Positions 1 to 12,902 of a stretch of 64,000 nucleotides of DNA are shown here, in pieces. The notes under the pieces were generated by a model, which saw only the letters and a program-made list of their open reading frames with translations, was not told where the DNA came from and made no database searches. The position numbers and the translations under genes are program-made. Each line of letters begins with the position of its first letter. The first letter of the stretch is position 1. The stretch is from Lepidodermella squamata (lineage: Eukaryota > Animalia > Gastrotricha): assembly GCA_047495785.1 (NCBI GenBank), contig JBLDXI010000074.1:186001-250000 (forward strand), in the 5' to 3' direction.

Positions 1-1044
1 AATCAGTAGGGAAATAATCAAGGCATGAATAGAAGCTAGCAACTTCGCGCTGTGATTCCTAACTTTAGGAACCCAGTTGATCTCAACTTTTCGTCCGTTA
101 AGCGGTTGCATTTCTTTGCGATACAGATTGACGAGAGGCCGGTTGTCGACGTCCTTCATCTTGCCGTTGCGAAACTGGTTCAGCTGACTAACAGGCATTC
201 GAATCACTCGTCGATATACCGTCCACCAAATGTTCTCCCCACAGGCTGGTCCAGTAAGAGCCCCAAAGTATCTGTAGTAGACAGCGTCCTTGTTCTCCAA
301 AACGCCCGGTGGGATCAGATTTTTCATGTTAAGACATACATTTTCAACCCGGCTATTTGGCTCAATGAGTTGCGGCAGTAGATCAACTATTGGCTTGTAG
401 TCAGTTTCATTCATTTGATGCGTTTCATCATCAGGAACGGCTACAAAGTGAAACATGAGGTTGCTCAATCCGTCAGGCGCTGCCAACGCCTCGTCGTAGG
501 TCTTGTACTTCGTGTTGTAGTGGACAAAATGAACTTCCATCTGAGCTGGCCTGTAATCAACCAAATGTTCCGCGCCATATGATGTGCCATCCTCCGCGCC
601 CCAATGGAGATGGAAATTTATCAAGACATACGTTGCGTCGTTCATATGGTTGGCTTGATAAATGCGTGGCAGGCGCGTTATGTCAGGATTCGTATTGTAA
701 TCGATGTGGTTATATACAACAAAGTGGCCGTTGTTTGACAGATTGCCGCAGAATACTTGATCATAGCTAAGAATTTGCAGAGGGTTGTCAATCAAAGCTT
801 GCGATGGTTCGGCTAATTCCAAGTTGAGCTCGACAGGTGACTGCTGCTTTCCTGACCCGCAAATGGGAGACGCTTCGGGCCATTTGTCCTGATCTTCAAA
901 ATTTTTACAATGGAATTCTTTCTTTTATAGCTCAGAAACTTGCTAAAAAAACATACCGTAGTAGTTCCATACAAGTTGGCTGCTTGACAGCTTTATTGTA
1001 AGGAGAAGAACAACAACAATTTGTTGGCAATTAAGCGAAGCCAT
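1..1044 (-). CDS. Alpha-carbonic anhydrase, secreted or GPI/membrane-anchored type (3' end runs off window); exons 1044-957 and 893-<1
   Basis: Manual minus-strand translation: signal peptide MASLNCQQIVVVLLLTIKLSSS, WNY..KWP..C.SGKQQSPV, NNGHF, FHLHWG, GAEH, EVHFVH (three Zn-ligand His), YYRYFGALTGPAC, QPLNGR, then hydrophobic tail LLASIHALIISLLI. 63-nt GT..AG intron at 956-894. Confidence 0.93.
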
Positions 1045-2390
1045 TTTAGGGAAGTAATTAACGTTATAGGATGAGAGTGGTGTGTTAAAGAAATTGACTT
1101 CCCAGCGCGAGATAAGATAAGATACGGTAATGGAGAGACCGTTCAGTTGAGTCCATGATAATTGCTCATCCGCAGCAGTCATGTGACTTGTCGTCGGTCT
1201 CATGTCAGAAGTAAAGGGCGTGATCGAGAAATGGTATCTTGAAAAAAGGCGGTTCCTTATGCATATAAGCACCGCCCTGAATTTAGAGGTCTGCTCTGGG
1301 TGTTGCGTGCTACAATACCTAGCCGTGGTTATCAAAATATGAATGAAACCAAAATCAATGCTGATTTCCTTAATGCTGATGACTAAAAACAGCAGATTTC
1401 TTCCCGCCCGGTTATATAAAATAGCATTTGGATGCTAAAAGACTCGGCCTTTATTAAATTATTTTTATTGGGTCGATCGGTGGGATATTATTTGCACCAC
1501 GAAAAATGAGGTTCCAGCATTAAATTTAAACGTCCTGGTAATACATTTTTCGGATTCTTTGCGATTTCGGCGTTTTCGATTTTTGATCGATACTGACGAT
1601 CTCCCTGAACTTACGTTTTTTATTTTAGCTACCTGGCGCCGTCAGCTTTTTGGAAAAATTCCGTTAGAAAAATTATCAAATCTGAAAAATCACTGATTTG
1701 TAAAATCAATACTTGGAATCGATATCGGCTCTGCAGGCTGAAGTATAACTCGTAAACTGACCGCTCATAGCGCAAAATACGCGTACTAATAGGAAGATCC
1801 ATCGGTTAGATAAAAAATTGAGTTCCAGAGAAGACATGAAGCTCGAAAAAGCATAGGTATGCATAGGGAAATCTAGTGCTAGAGTCTCGAATTTTGTGCT
1901 GGAACCCTGAATTTAGGGTGCGCACGCCCATATTTTTGTTTTCTTCCTAATTCAACGGAAATTGAGGGTGAAATGGCAATTATAAATCCTTGAATCCATG
2001 GTAAAAATGAACAAGGTCTGAAAGCGACAGCTACTCAGCCTGCAACATTTTCTCGTTCCGTTCGAAGCTGGGGCTGCTCCCGCGACTTACTTGAACCTAT
2101 TGATTCATATTTTAAAATTTATTCTTGAGATTCACGAGCAGCGGTGACAAAACATTATTATTGGTTGCTTGAATAAATTTCCCCTCGAAAAAATGAGAAG
2201 AATAATATTTTTAGAATTATTCGTCGCAACAATTTTTTATGAGGAACTTCAAACACGCGTCAATTTGAAGCGGTTCCAAGATTTTTTCGCGTCACAAGGT
2301 ATTTGCGTCGACCGTGATGTAAAAGCACGAGCCAATATGGGTCTGTGTTTGTGGACCTGAATCGCGTGGCGCTATTGACGCAGCATGGCC

Positions 2391-2397
2391 TATAAAT
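2391..2397 (+). promoter_or_regulatory. Probable TATA box of the sHSP gene (CCAAT at about 2332)
   Basis: TATAAAT about 110 nt upstream of ATG 2502. Confidence 0.5.
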
Positions 2398-2501
2398 TGC
2401 AATTTATTTTCTCGATTTAATCATCATCACCTGCTTTTGCAATTTAAAGCTCATCTCAATCTTATTCTCGCTTTCATTTTCGATCATCTTCAAACTCTAA
2501 A

Positions 2502-3812
2502 ATGGCCTGCTCGTACAACTTCCAACCGACCCTGTCGACCGTCGCTCCCTCGATCGCCGGCTACTCGAGCCCGATCAACGTCGAGAGCCTGCTCCGCAGC
2601 AAGGCCGGCATCTACTCGCCGTCGTCTGTTGAGCGCAGCCTCATCAACGCCGCCGTCCCGACCCCGTTCGCCGCTGCTGCTGGCATCCACAACACCTTCG
2701 CCTCGCCGATCGAGTGCGGAGCCGAGACCGGCCGCGTTTTCGGTGCCGAGTGCGGTGCCCAGCTGGCCGCCATCGTCGCCGCCCGCCTCAACACCTTCGT
2801 CGGCCAGGAGGTGGCCGTCCGCATCGGCGCCCAGTGGGGAGCCGAGATGTGCGCCAAGCTGGGTGCCGAGCTCGCCGTCAAGCTCGCCAACGGCTGGCCG
2901 GTTGAGCAGTGCGCCCGCTGGTGCTACACCTTCGGAGCCGAGCATGGTGCTGAACTGGGTGCCATCATCGCCCAGCGCCTGGGTGCCATCTTCACCGCCG
3001 AGTTCGCCGCCCGCATCGGCGCCGAGCTCTTCGCCGACGTCTGCGCCAAGCAGTGCTACGTCATCGCCGCCCGCGTCGCCGAGTCGCGCTTCGGTGGTGC
3101 CTCCAACACCTGGAACGCCGCCCGCCTCGCCAACAACTGGACCGGCTCGTTCGAGCGCTTCGGTGGCATCAACTACCCGACCACCTTCGGCCCCTTCGGT
3201 GCCAACACCTGGGCCAATGGCAACAACACCTGGTCGGCTGACAACAAGCTGTACAACGTCGCCTTCCGCCCGTCCTCCGAGGTCGAGCTCTACACCCTGA
3301 CCCACCCGATCCGCATGATCGACGTCGAGGGCAACCGCCAGCTGTACCTGTGCTTCGAGCTCAAGGGCTTCAAGCCTGAGGAAGTCACCGTCACCCTGAA
3401 CAAGGCCGAGCGCGCCGTCGTCGTCGAGGCTGCCCACGAGGCCAAGGACGGCAAGGAGCACACCGTCGCCCGCAAGTACTCGCGCAAGTTCGTCCTGCCC
3501 GAGGTATAATAAATCATTTCCCACCTAATCTCAAACTTTAACGAATCATATTTTTAATAGACCCTTGCCAAGATCGACCTGACCAAGGTTGAGCTCAAGT
3601 CGTGCCTGACCCAGGAGGGCTACCTCGTCGTCGAGTGCCAGCTGCCGAAGATGACCACCGAGGAGATCGCCAAGTGCCCGACCATGTCCGAGCTGTACAA
3701 CAAGCTGCCGGCCTTCGGTGGCTTCAACGGCGCCGTCCAGGCCTTCGGCGGCATCAACGGTGTCAACTGCCACGTCAACGCCGTCAAGCCCGTCACCGTC
3801 AAGACCGCCTAA
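2502..3812 (+). CDS. Small heat-shock (HSP20/alpha-crystallin domain) protein with long N-terminal extension, about 417 aa; exons 2502-3503 and 3561-3812
   Basis: ACD motifs FELKGFKPEEVTV, VEAAHE, RKYSRKFVLPE, then spliced KSCLTQEGYLVVE (S-L-x-x-x-G-x-L). 57-nt phase-0 GT..AG intron. Very strong C/G third-position bias. Confidence 0.9.
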
Positions 3813-5212
3813 ATGAAAGCCGATATTCAAAGAGAAGATGAGCAATGTTTAAAGAACTCAGCTTGAGAAAAATTGTGATAACCATTCGATGTGATAATCT
3901 TGTGTGATTTTCAGTTTTTCCCAAGACAGTAAAACAAGAGATGTTGCCTATTCATTCTTGCGCTTCTTATGAGTTATCCGAGACTTCAGTTTCAGTTGAT
4001 ATAATATGGCTACCGGGCAAAGGTTCGCCTCCACGCAAAGCAACACTTTTTTGCACCAATCGTCAATAATTTTTCCTTATAAAAAAAATCTGTAGTTATG
4101 CAAATACTCAATATCGCACAATTTCGCCTGATTCCAAAATGGGGCTTTCGAATTTTTTAAGAAATAATTAAGATCATACTTCTTGGGATCATTACTTTAT
4201 TAAGTTTTGCCCCAACGTCAGCCTCATCTGACGACAAACCCAGACCGCGATGACGAGACGTGGTGACTGGCCCTGAGCGCGAACTTGGCCCTACGTGACC
4301 GGCTTTAGCCGATCTTGTCGGCCGTTGATGAACATTCCGGGCTGGTGGCTCTTTAATTAGGGCCACTTTCGGAGGGGTCAGTCGCTTTCAGAGCGGCTTT
4401 TAAAGAAGAAAAAACAAATTGCTGGCTTGATCTTTGATTTCCTATATTCCTTACATTTACTGGATTTACTTCAACGTTCAAGCCTCTGGAAATTTAGGCT
4501 AGATTTTCGAGGATTTCCAATGGGACTAGGGGTTTTCTCTGCTTTTCTCCCTGGCTCACCTGGCAAACACTGCGCAAGGCTTAAGTTTTAATGTTCGGGC
4601 ATCTTACCATGAATTTTGTTGCATTTTTTATGGCGTCAAAATTCGAAATTTGCTGCTCAGCCGCATGGAAGTGTTCTTTAAAAAGATCTAAAAAGTTGCT
4701 CAACTGTGGAATTTCTTTGAATGGAGAAAAAGATATGTAGCTGATTGAACTTGATTGCTGCTAACATATTTTTCTCCAAATCCCATTTAGATCATAACTG
4801 AGAGAGCAATTAATTATAGCGCAGCAAAGACAACGAATTCGAAGCTAACGAACTGCTTTTTGGATATCCCAAGCTATTAACCAGCTATATATCGAATCAG
4901 ATCAGCTTTATTGTCATCTCGGTTTGATACCATTGGCTTTGATTCAGATGTAATGCTGGAGGTTGAAGCTTGGAACGAAATTCCTTTAGTATCTTTTGCT
5001 GGGTTTCCGTTGCAGCTTGATCGTTAAAGGTACAATGCCGTCAAATGATAAAAGGGGTTTCGCTCAATAATATAAACTAGCGACAGCTGTTGCTAAGAAC
5101 TGGCTCTATGATCGACTTGTGGTGATGAGCCCGACGTCAGCACAGAAAACATTGCAATTCATGTCAATAACGCCGCGAGCTGCTTCGTGATATGGCTCAC
5201 CTATCTCAAAAG

Positions 5213-5452
5213 GTTCAAGTATGGACAATATTCTTTTGCCTCACATTATTTTACTTACTCGATAACCATGACGAATTTTTAGAAGCGGTTTTATCGCCAA
5301 TTTTTCGCTCGAATCTGATTCTAACGAAAATTTTAGGAAAGTCTACCGCACCTTAGATCCATCGAATGCTGAAAACCGCTTCTAAAAATTCCTCATGGTT
5401 ATGGAGTAAATGAAATAATGCGAGGCAAAAGAATATTGTCCGCACTTAAACT
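5213..5452. mobile_element. MITE-like inverted repeat with imperfect arms of about 80 bp
   Basis: ggacaatattcttttgcctc...tttttagaagcggtttt is mirrored by aaaaccgcttctaaaaa...gaggcaaaagaatattgtcc. Confidence 0.7.
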
Positions 5453-5496
5453 GTTTTCAACGTTGAAATTAGCTTTCCTACTTCAAATTAAGCAAA

Positions 5497-7185
5497 ATGA
5501 GTAGCCTGGAAATGTATCCTGCTTTCTACGGTAACTTCGACATCACGCATCGACTGATCACAGTCAAATCCTTGGCCAGCTGGGGGCTTTTTCCGAGGAA
5601 CTTCATACACGTGTATTACAAAGACACAGAACTTCTGGATATGAACCAGCGGCTTTGCGACATCGAATTCGTAAAAGACAGCAAGAATGTAGATGCTGAT
5701 TTACGAGAACATTTGAAAATTTCAACCGACATCGTGCTACTGGCTATACTGCCGAATCTTGGATTCGATTTGACCGATTTCAATATGCCTGCATCTACTT
5801 CAATCAGGGATTTAAAGTTGAAAATGGCGAAAAAACTGAACATTCACCCCGAAAACCGTTTGTGTCTATATGAAGGTGATGAATTCTTCAACAGACTCGA
5901 TGACAACCGCACGTTATTCTCCTACAAAAGCAAGGATAACAAGCTCAGCATTTCTGTGAAAATTTTCGAGCCGGACTTTTTCGAAATTTTCATCAAGATG
6001 CCTTCGAAGAAGCTACTACCAATGATGGTACACCGGACAGATTTTATCGCGAATGTTAAGGAACGAATCTATGACCATATTGGAATTCCTTCGCGTGAAG
6101 TGTTCGGAAGGATCAACTTGGAAATGAGAAGCGGAGAAGTCATCATGAAGGACAAGGACTTTTTATTTCAGTATAATATTGAACCTTTTATTGTGATAAC
6201 TTGTTCAATCGAAAAGCACGACCCGGTTGAAATTCAATACCTCCATCCTGGATTTCTTAAAAGATTCGTAATTCCGGACCTGCAACTTTCGGTGACAATT
6301 GGTGATCTACGAAGCAGAATAGCGGGATCTTTAACTCTGCCAGAAAAGACATTTCGCTTACATCTTGGTTCTCCAAATGGGAAATGGTTGAACGAAGACG
6401 AAGCTTGTACTTTGCTTGAATGCGGAATTTACAAACAATCTAGTCATATTATTGTCAATACCAACTGGGCTTTTATCATTTCGAGTCAAGACTTCGGCGA
6501 ATTTCTCATTCAACCCTCTGGCATCAAGCTCACGGTCGCTCGATTGAAGGCGGAAATCCAGCAACTAAAAGGCGTCACCGCCCGTAGTCAATCGCTGTTC
6601 TTCCAGGGCAAATCAATTGACTTGTCATCTGAGACTTCGGATGATTTGGCTGGAATAAGTCGACTGTCGACGATCGAATTGAAATTGAAGAAAACGGCCG
6701 CACAAAAACCGGTGAAAATTACGACTCGAGTCTGCCGAAAAATCGCTAAGGTCCAGGTTAGCAGCACGGCATATGATGAAGAAATTAAAAAAGGAATTTC
6801 GAAATATTGTCCCGATGTCGATAAGTTTAGCTGCTACCACTTCGGGACTAATTACCTTATTTTTTCGGCAGTGGAATCGCGTTTGACTCACAATGTCCAA
6901 ATCATGCTTGGGCCGAAACGAGCCGATCCTAAATCAAAGGATTCTGGTGATTATCGAATTCACGTTAAAACGATCACGCAGAAAAATTTCACGCTTTTCG
7001 TTGATGCTGACGAGCTGATTTTTGCTGTCAAGCAGAAAATTTGCGACGTTAACGATGTTCCACCTGAATATCAGAGGTTGACTATTGCGGGCGGTACGTA
7101 TCTATCATCGAATAAAAAGGTGGCTGATTATCCCATCGAGAACAAAAGCTGCGTGTATATGATCATGGTAGCTCGCGGATGCTAA
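5497..7185 (+). CDS. Multi-ubiquitin-like-domain protein, copy 1 (562 aa, ends VARGC)
   Basis: Repeated beta-grasp signatures (T/S-I-x-D-L-K-x-x-I...Q-x-L) and C-terminal Ub-like domain IHVKTIT...VPPEYQRLTIAG. Aligns over its full length with the other copies. Confidence 0.9.
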   Translation: MSSLEMYPAFYGNFDITHRLITVKSLASWGLFPRNFIHVYYKDTELLDMNQRLCDIEFVKDSKNVDADLREHLKISTDIVLLAILPNLGFDLTDFNMPASTSIRDLKLKMAKKLNIHPENRLCLYEGDEFFNRLDDNRTLFSYKSKDNKLSISVKIFEPDFFEIFIKMPSKKLLPMMVHRTDFIANVKERIYDHIGIPSREVFGRINLEMRSGEVIMKDKDFLFQYNIEPFIVITCSIEKHDPVEIQYLHPGFLKRFVIPDLQLSVTIGDLRSRIAGSLTLPEKTFRLHLGSPNGKWLNEDEACTLLECGIYKQSSHIIVNTNWAFIISSQDFGEFLIQPSGIKLTVARLKAEIQQLKGVTARSQSLFFQGKSIDLSSETSDDLAGISRLSTIELKLKKTAAQKPVKITTRVCRKIAKVQVSSTAYDEEIKKGISKYCPDVDKFSCYHFGTNYLIFSAVESRLTHNVQIMLGPKRADPKSKDSGDYRIHVKTITQKNFTLFVDADELIFAVKQKICDVNDVPPEYQRLTIAGGTYLSSNKKVADYPIENKSCVYMIMVARGC

Positions 7186-8025
7186 GTTGTGGCTCCTTTG
7201 CTACGATGCTGAACCACGGAACGATTTAGGCGGACAATTTTGATCTTAACCTGATTTTTTTGGCTAAATAAACTAAAAATTGCAATAGTGCTTGATTTTT
7301 CATGATCCTAGATGATTTTTCGCAGAAAAAAGTCATTTGGTAGTCATCATCTATCGGCATTTAGGTTACAACAAGACGTTTTTCAATGATCGGCCGATTG
7401 CGAATAAAATTACGTTGTGCGTCGTGACCTCGGCGCGGCGGTGAGGGTGTAATAAAGCCGATCGCGCACAAGCACGTTGTATGGAAAAATAACTAGCTCT
7501 AGTGTGCAACGAGAACTAAACATTTCAGAGCTGCAATTATTATTTTACCGAGTGATTCCTGTTTACGGGACAAGACTTGGGATTTTTCACCGCCAGTTAT
7601 TTTAACCCTTTAATCGTTGGTATGCCAGGTGCCAGGTTATTTTACTGAAGTCGAACTCGCCTTATTCGCCGATACTTAATTTGTCGTCTCTCTGAGTACG
7701 ATCGTGGTTTACTCATGCGAATCCGTAGATAATGCGAATAGTTCTTTCAACTTGTTTAACTTTTACTTTAATTTTTAATATTTTTACGCCGTGAACGCAG
7801 GCCGTCAACGACGTCAAGGTCATTTGCCACGCGAAATTTAATTTTCTGGAAAAATTTAAACGATTTGCCACCATTCAATCCTCGAATTACCACGAGATTG
7901 CATCTGAGGCATCTGGTGTCTGAGCGAATAATGACATTTTGACGAATTCAGCGAAAATCACCAGCACGGTTCGACTAGGACTGCCGTAAAAGAGATATTT
8001 TTTCATCTTTAGGCGAGACAGGCTA

Positions 8026-8075
8026 GTGAAAATGGTTACCGAATTCGGTTATTGCCCTCAAGCGCGAGAATTAGG
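8026..8075 (+). pseudogene. Relict N-terminus of a multi-UBL gene
   Basis: Reads VKMVTEFGYCPQAR, matching MRILIEFGYCPPAR of copy 4, downstream of a tttag acceptor-like site. Confidence 0.55.
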
Positions 8076-8291
8076 GTTTAACTCGGCCTAAAATGGCACC
8101 CGGATGCCAAAGGTTCATATAATTCAGGCTATTCTTAAGGCCTTCTTATTTTTTGAGGGCTTCGAGGTTCAATAATTCGTGGAAATTTAGTTCAGCTATT
8201 TATAACAAGGCTCATACCCAATAAAATTCAATAAAGATGAAGTTGTTGTAATTAAATTTTAATATTTTTCATCATAGAAAAGTTGAGCTTC

Positions 8292-9943
8292 ATGAAAATC
8301 ATTGTTGAGTTCGGCATCTGCCCAGCCAAGGGGAACATCCGCCCGCTCGAGATAGAAAACTTCAATGAAAATAACAACTTATCCTTTCTTCGGTCATTAA
8401 TCGAATACGAGCGTGGAATCCCGATACAGCTGCAAAAGCTTTCATTTGAAGGCGAAACCTTGGAATCATGGCAAATCATCCGCTCTCTCCGAAAAAGTTC
8501 TGGAGAACCGATTCATTTCCACTGCGACGTCTTGATGACGTTTCTCGTGACCGCTGCTTGCGAAAATGTGAATTTATCTGATTTCGAAATTTCAACCTCG
8601 GCCACAGTTCAAGACCTTGAGGAATTGATCAAGAACAATTTGCCTCAGCCTGTTCGTGAGATTCAGCTCTTTCGCCAAGCAGATTTTTTCGAAGAACTTG
8701 TCAGCCATCGATCGATTGGTTGCTATGTAAATAGCCAAAATATGCTTCGGGTATCAGCGAAAATTTTCATCAGCAAAGACTACGTCAAAATTTTCATCGC
8801 TCTGCCGTCTGGAAAATTGATCCCGATGGTCGTCCATCCAACTGATTCCGTCGAAATGCTGAAAAATCGTATTCGAGACTATCTTGGTCTTCCGATTCGG
8901 TTTAAATTCGCCTTGAAAAATGGTTCGAAAATTCTGAAATCCAAAGATTTTCTCTGCTCAATCAGATTGAAGCCATTGCAAACGCTGAGAGTTATCATAG
9001 GCATTTCGACCATTTCTGCGTACCTCTGCCGAATTCAAGGAAGACTAAGCATATCAGCATTGGATTTTCGAAGACCATCGGTGATTTGAAGCGAAATATC
9101 AGTACAGCTACTTCTCTGCCATTCGGTTCATTCCGCCTTGTTCGTAAATTTCCGGTTGAAAAATGGCTGGATGATGATAACTTGAAGATTTTCGAAACTG
9201 GAGTTGACGGAAGCTTGGAAATTCGCGAAAATAACGCTCTCGTAATTACAAGCCGTGAATTTGACGATTTTTTCATCGAAACTGACGAAATTCCGCTAAC
9301 TGTTGGCGGTTTGAAAGAAAAAATCGAGAAAATCACAAAAATTTCGCCGCATCTTCAAAGTTTATTTTTCAATGAACAACGGCTGGATGATTTGGCCGAA
9401 GTCATTTCGATTCCGTTCATGTCAAAAATCGACTTGAGAATTAGCGGCCAACAATCAGTGAAAGTTACCGCCGATGTATTTCGTTTGGTAGCGAAAACTA
9501 GTTTATCGAAATCTTCAAATGCGAGGGAAGTGAAAGAAGTCATGAAACATTACCTGAAAAATTCCGATGCTCACTTATGCTGCTTTCATGGGCAAATTTT
9601 TAGCGACGATGAGCCTATTTTCAATGAAGATTTGATTGGTAAAATCAAGTTGCATGATGAAATTAGATTGCGAACCAGCCCGCCGCCTGGTTTTCCGTTC
9701 GATGAAGGCGACTTTCAAGTTCATATAAGAATGCTGACTGGTCAAACAAAGACTTTTCTCGTTGATCCAGCCGAGACGATTCTATCGTTGAAACAAAAAA
9801 TCGAGTTTTATTGTGGCATGGCAGTGGAGCACCAACGTCTTTCGTCAGCTTCACGGCTGTTGCTAGACGAACAATCGATCGCGAGCAGCAAAATTGAGAA
9901 TCAAAGCTACCTTGATCTGAATGGTAGATTAAGAGGTTGCTGA
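8292..9943 (+). pseudogene. Multi-UBL copy 2, frameshifted near 9000 (pseudogene or sequence error); ends GRLRGC
   Basis: ORF 8283-9089 covers domains 1-3. Homology (LPNSRK..TIGDLKRNI) continues in the frame of ORF 9086-9943 from about 9002. Confidence 0.85.
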
Positions 9944-11159
9944 ATCTCTACTACACTGACTACTGGAACTATGACAGGATAATGAAAAGGAAATGTTGAT
10001 AATCTCGTGTTTTTTGCGTATAAATTGCGGCTGTTATTTACCTCTTACGAAGCTTGATTTTGAATATTAATCGAACGGCAGCTTTTTTAGTGACGATTTT
10101 CTGAGAAAAATGAGAATTTGCTATTTTCTGCATCGAGACTTCTTTTCGCCTCAAAAATGAGTATAGTTTTGCTAAAGATTCACTATTATGCTTTATATTA
10201 CTACTATTGTCAAGCACCTATGTCAATTGCAACCACTGGAATAAATCAAATCAAAGGGAAACAATTTTTATGAAAATGAAATTATATTCTTAATTTTTTG
10301 TAGGGTTATTAAATTGTGACCCAGTCTACGATTTGCTTTGTTCGCACCTCTTTGCGGTTTGATTTATGCGCTCAACTGTGTACCATATTTTTAAGATTCA
10401 CACACCAAAGCCTAGTATTGTTACATAACAATGATCCTCACTGCCCAAGTTTCTCGACCGAAAATTAAGTTAGCCTCCGAAAATGTAAAATTTGGTTTTT
10501 TTTCTTGGTTTTTTTTAGACTTTTGATGTATGGCTTCGTCCAAAATTACCCCTCATTGCGTCGGTTCAATTAACTATTCCATCTTAGCAGCGAGGTAATA
10601 TGACTTGAGCTTCATTTTTCAGTTTTTCGCAGCCGTCCTGGACAGGTCCGTAAAGTTCTTTTCTAAAAATAGGGGATAGGATAGGAACTTTATGTGAAAT
10701 ATAGGTTGGCATCACTTGTAATTTTGTAGAAAATAGAAAAATAGCCTGGAAAACATATTCATTGTGTTCTGCCGATCCATTCTCAATCTATGGAAACACC
10801 AACCCACCTTATACAGCGAGTCCCATAATTTGTGCACTTATTTTTGAATTTGTAATTTTTCTATCCGCGATTTCACCGTAGAAATAGGAAATTCGCCGAA
10901 GAAAACCAGGAAAAGCCTATGTAACTCTTTGGTAATTCGGTATTTCACCTGGTCGGATCGAATTTCGCCGCATTTTTACTCCTGTTGACATATCTCATAA
11001 TTTATTATCATTTTCATACCTAGCATCTAATTCATTTCCTGACGATGAGATAGGATATCTCACTTCATTATAGACTTTGCATTGTTGCGTTGGGACACAC
11101 CTTAGGATGTCTCCAAACTATAAACTTGTCATATTGCCGTTTTATTAGAAAAAACTTGA

Positions 11160-12902
11160 ATGAGAATGAAAATCATCGTCGAATTCAGTTATTACCCTGG
11201 AGCGCCAGAAGCGTATTCCTCTGAGCCGACTTATTCACATCGTCCGGACTGGCCTAAAATGGTACCCCTCGAGGTGAACAATTTGACTCCATCGGACAAG
11301 GTCATCACGCTCCAATCAATCATCGAAAACAAAAAGGGAATTCCGCTGAAATTGCAGCAGCTTTTTTACTACGACAGATTGCTTCGATCGTGTGAAACTT
11401 TGGCTTTCATTAACTCGACTGAAGTTTCGAATGAGGTCCTCAATTTACGCTGCGAATCTTTGATTGCTTTCTTGGCTAAGGTTCAGCTGACTAAATTTGA
11501 TCTGGGTGGACTCGTCATGCCACTTTCGAGCTCGGTTAAAGACCTGAAAGACTCGGTCAAGAAAAAAATGAAACAACCGGTGTACGACATCGCAATTTAT
11601 CGAGGAAAGGAATTAGTGGAAGAGCTAGATGAAAATCGTTCGATTGGCTACTACAAAAATCGCGACTTCAGCCTGCAAATATCCGCCAAATTGTTTGTCT
11701 GCGATAACTGCTTCAAAATTTTTATCGAATTTCCGTCTGGACGATTGGTCCCAATGACTGTTCATCCGAGTGATTCCGTTCAAATGATTAAAGAACGAAT
11801 TCAGGGCTTTCCGGCCTATCCCCGCCAACATTTTTTCGACCTGAAAAGAGGGAGAACAATTTTGGATAATCGTGAGCTTCTATTATCGACTGATTTAAAG
11901 CCTTTTATGGCGCTGAAAATTGTTTTCGACGACGTGAAAGATTTCGAAATTTCATTGAAAATGCCGAATTCTCGGAAGAATTTCAAAATTCGCGAGGTTA
12001 AAATTTCGGAATCGATCGCTGATTTGAAGAAAAAAATCAGCGTTTCGACGTCAATGCCACCGAGCTCTTTTCGATTATTTCGAAAATTGCCGACTGAGGA
12101 GTGGCTAGTTGACGAGACTTTGACGATGTTCGAGTATGGAATCTACAGCCCGGATGAACAGCTAGAAATCCGGGATAACAATGCTTTCGTGATTTTGAGC
12201 CAAGAATTCGGAAATTTTTACATTCAACCTGCGGATCAGAGCTTGAAAATCGTTGATTTGAAGCGAAAAATCGAGGAAATCAAAGGAGTTGATGTCAATT
12301 TTCAATCTCTTTCTGTCGACGGAGAGTCAATAGATGGATTTTCTGGGAATTTAGCCTCTTGTGGCTTGATTGGCCGAATGTCGAAAATTGAGTTGAAAAT
12401 TCTGAACTCGGCTAAAATTGGGGTTCGAATTCTCCCTGGAGTCGCACGTTACGTCGGCAAAGTTTGCCTGTCTACTTTATCCAACATGAAAGAAGCTGAA
12501 AAATTGATGCGACCATACATGGAAAATCCTGATGTTAATGATTGTTTTTTCCGTGGCCGAACCGGATTCAATTTCCGCTATTTGAATTCACACGGTTTTC
12601 CGATTGAGCACAACGAGGAGCTTAGCTTTGTTCCTAGGAAGTTGCCGTCTCTTCCTCTGGACAAGGGAGACTTCCAAATACGAGTTAGAATGCTTAACGG
12701 AAGAGATGTGGTGCTTTTTGCTAATTACGGTGAATTGATTGATTCGCTGAGGGAAAAGTTGTACTACCTGGAAGGGATCCCGGTGGATCAAATTCGATTG
12801 ATTTATGCCGGGAAGCAGTTGGAAGATTCGCGAACCCTCTCTGATTATAACCTCAGAGGTGGCACTATTCTGCACCTGGTTCTTAGACTCAGCGGCTGCT
12901 GA
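11160..12902 (+). CDS. Multi-UBL copy 3 (580 aa, 7 UBL domains, ends LRLSGC)
   Basis: Last domain [35 protein letters not shown] closely matches ubiquitin/NEDD8. Confidence 0.93.
   Translation: MRMKIIVEFSYYPGAPEAYSSEPTYSHRPDWPKMVPLEVNNLTPSDKVITLQSIIENKKGIPLKLQQLFYYDRLLRSCETLAFINSTEVSNEVLNLRCESLIAFLAKVQLTKFDLGGLVMPLSSSVKDLKDSVKKKMKQPVYDIAIYRGKELVEELDENRSIGYYKNRDFSLQISAKLFVCDNCFKIFIEFPSGRLVPMTVHPSDSVQMIKERIQGFPAYPRQHFFDLKRGRTILDNRELLLSTDLKPFMALKIVFDDVKDFEISLKMPNSRKNFKIREVKISESIADLKKKISVSTSMPPSSFRLFRKLPTEEWLVDETLTMFEYGIYSPDEQLEIRDNNAFVILSQEFGNFYIQPADQSLKIVDLKRKIEEIKGVDVNFQSLSVDGESIDGFSGNLASCGLIGRMSKIELKILNSAKIGVRILPGVARYVGKVCLSTLSNMKEAEKLMRPYMENPDVNDCFFRGRTGFNFRYLNSHGFPIEHNEELSFVPRKLPSLPLDKGDFQIRVRMLNGRDVVLFANYGELIDSLREKLYYLEGIPVDQIRLIYAGKQLEDSRTLSDYNLRGGTILHLVLRLSGC

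Noticed and set aside
2437-3845. Long alternative-frame and antisense ORFs (287, 344, 99 aa) over the sHSP gene
   Set aside because: By-products of extreme GC3 codon bias; only the 2502 frame has a recognisable domain and splices correctly.
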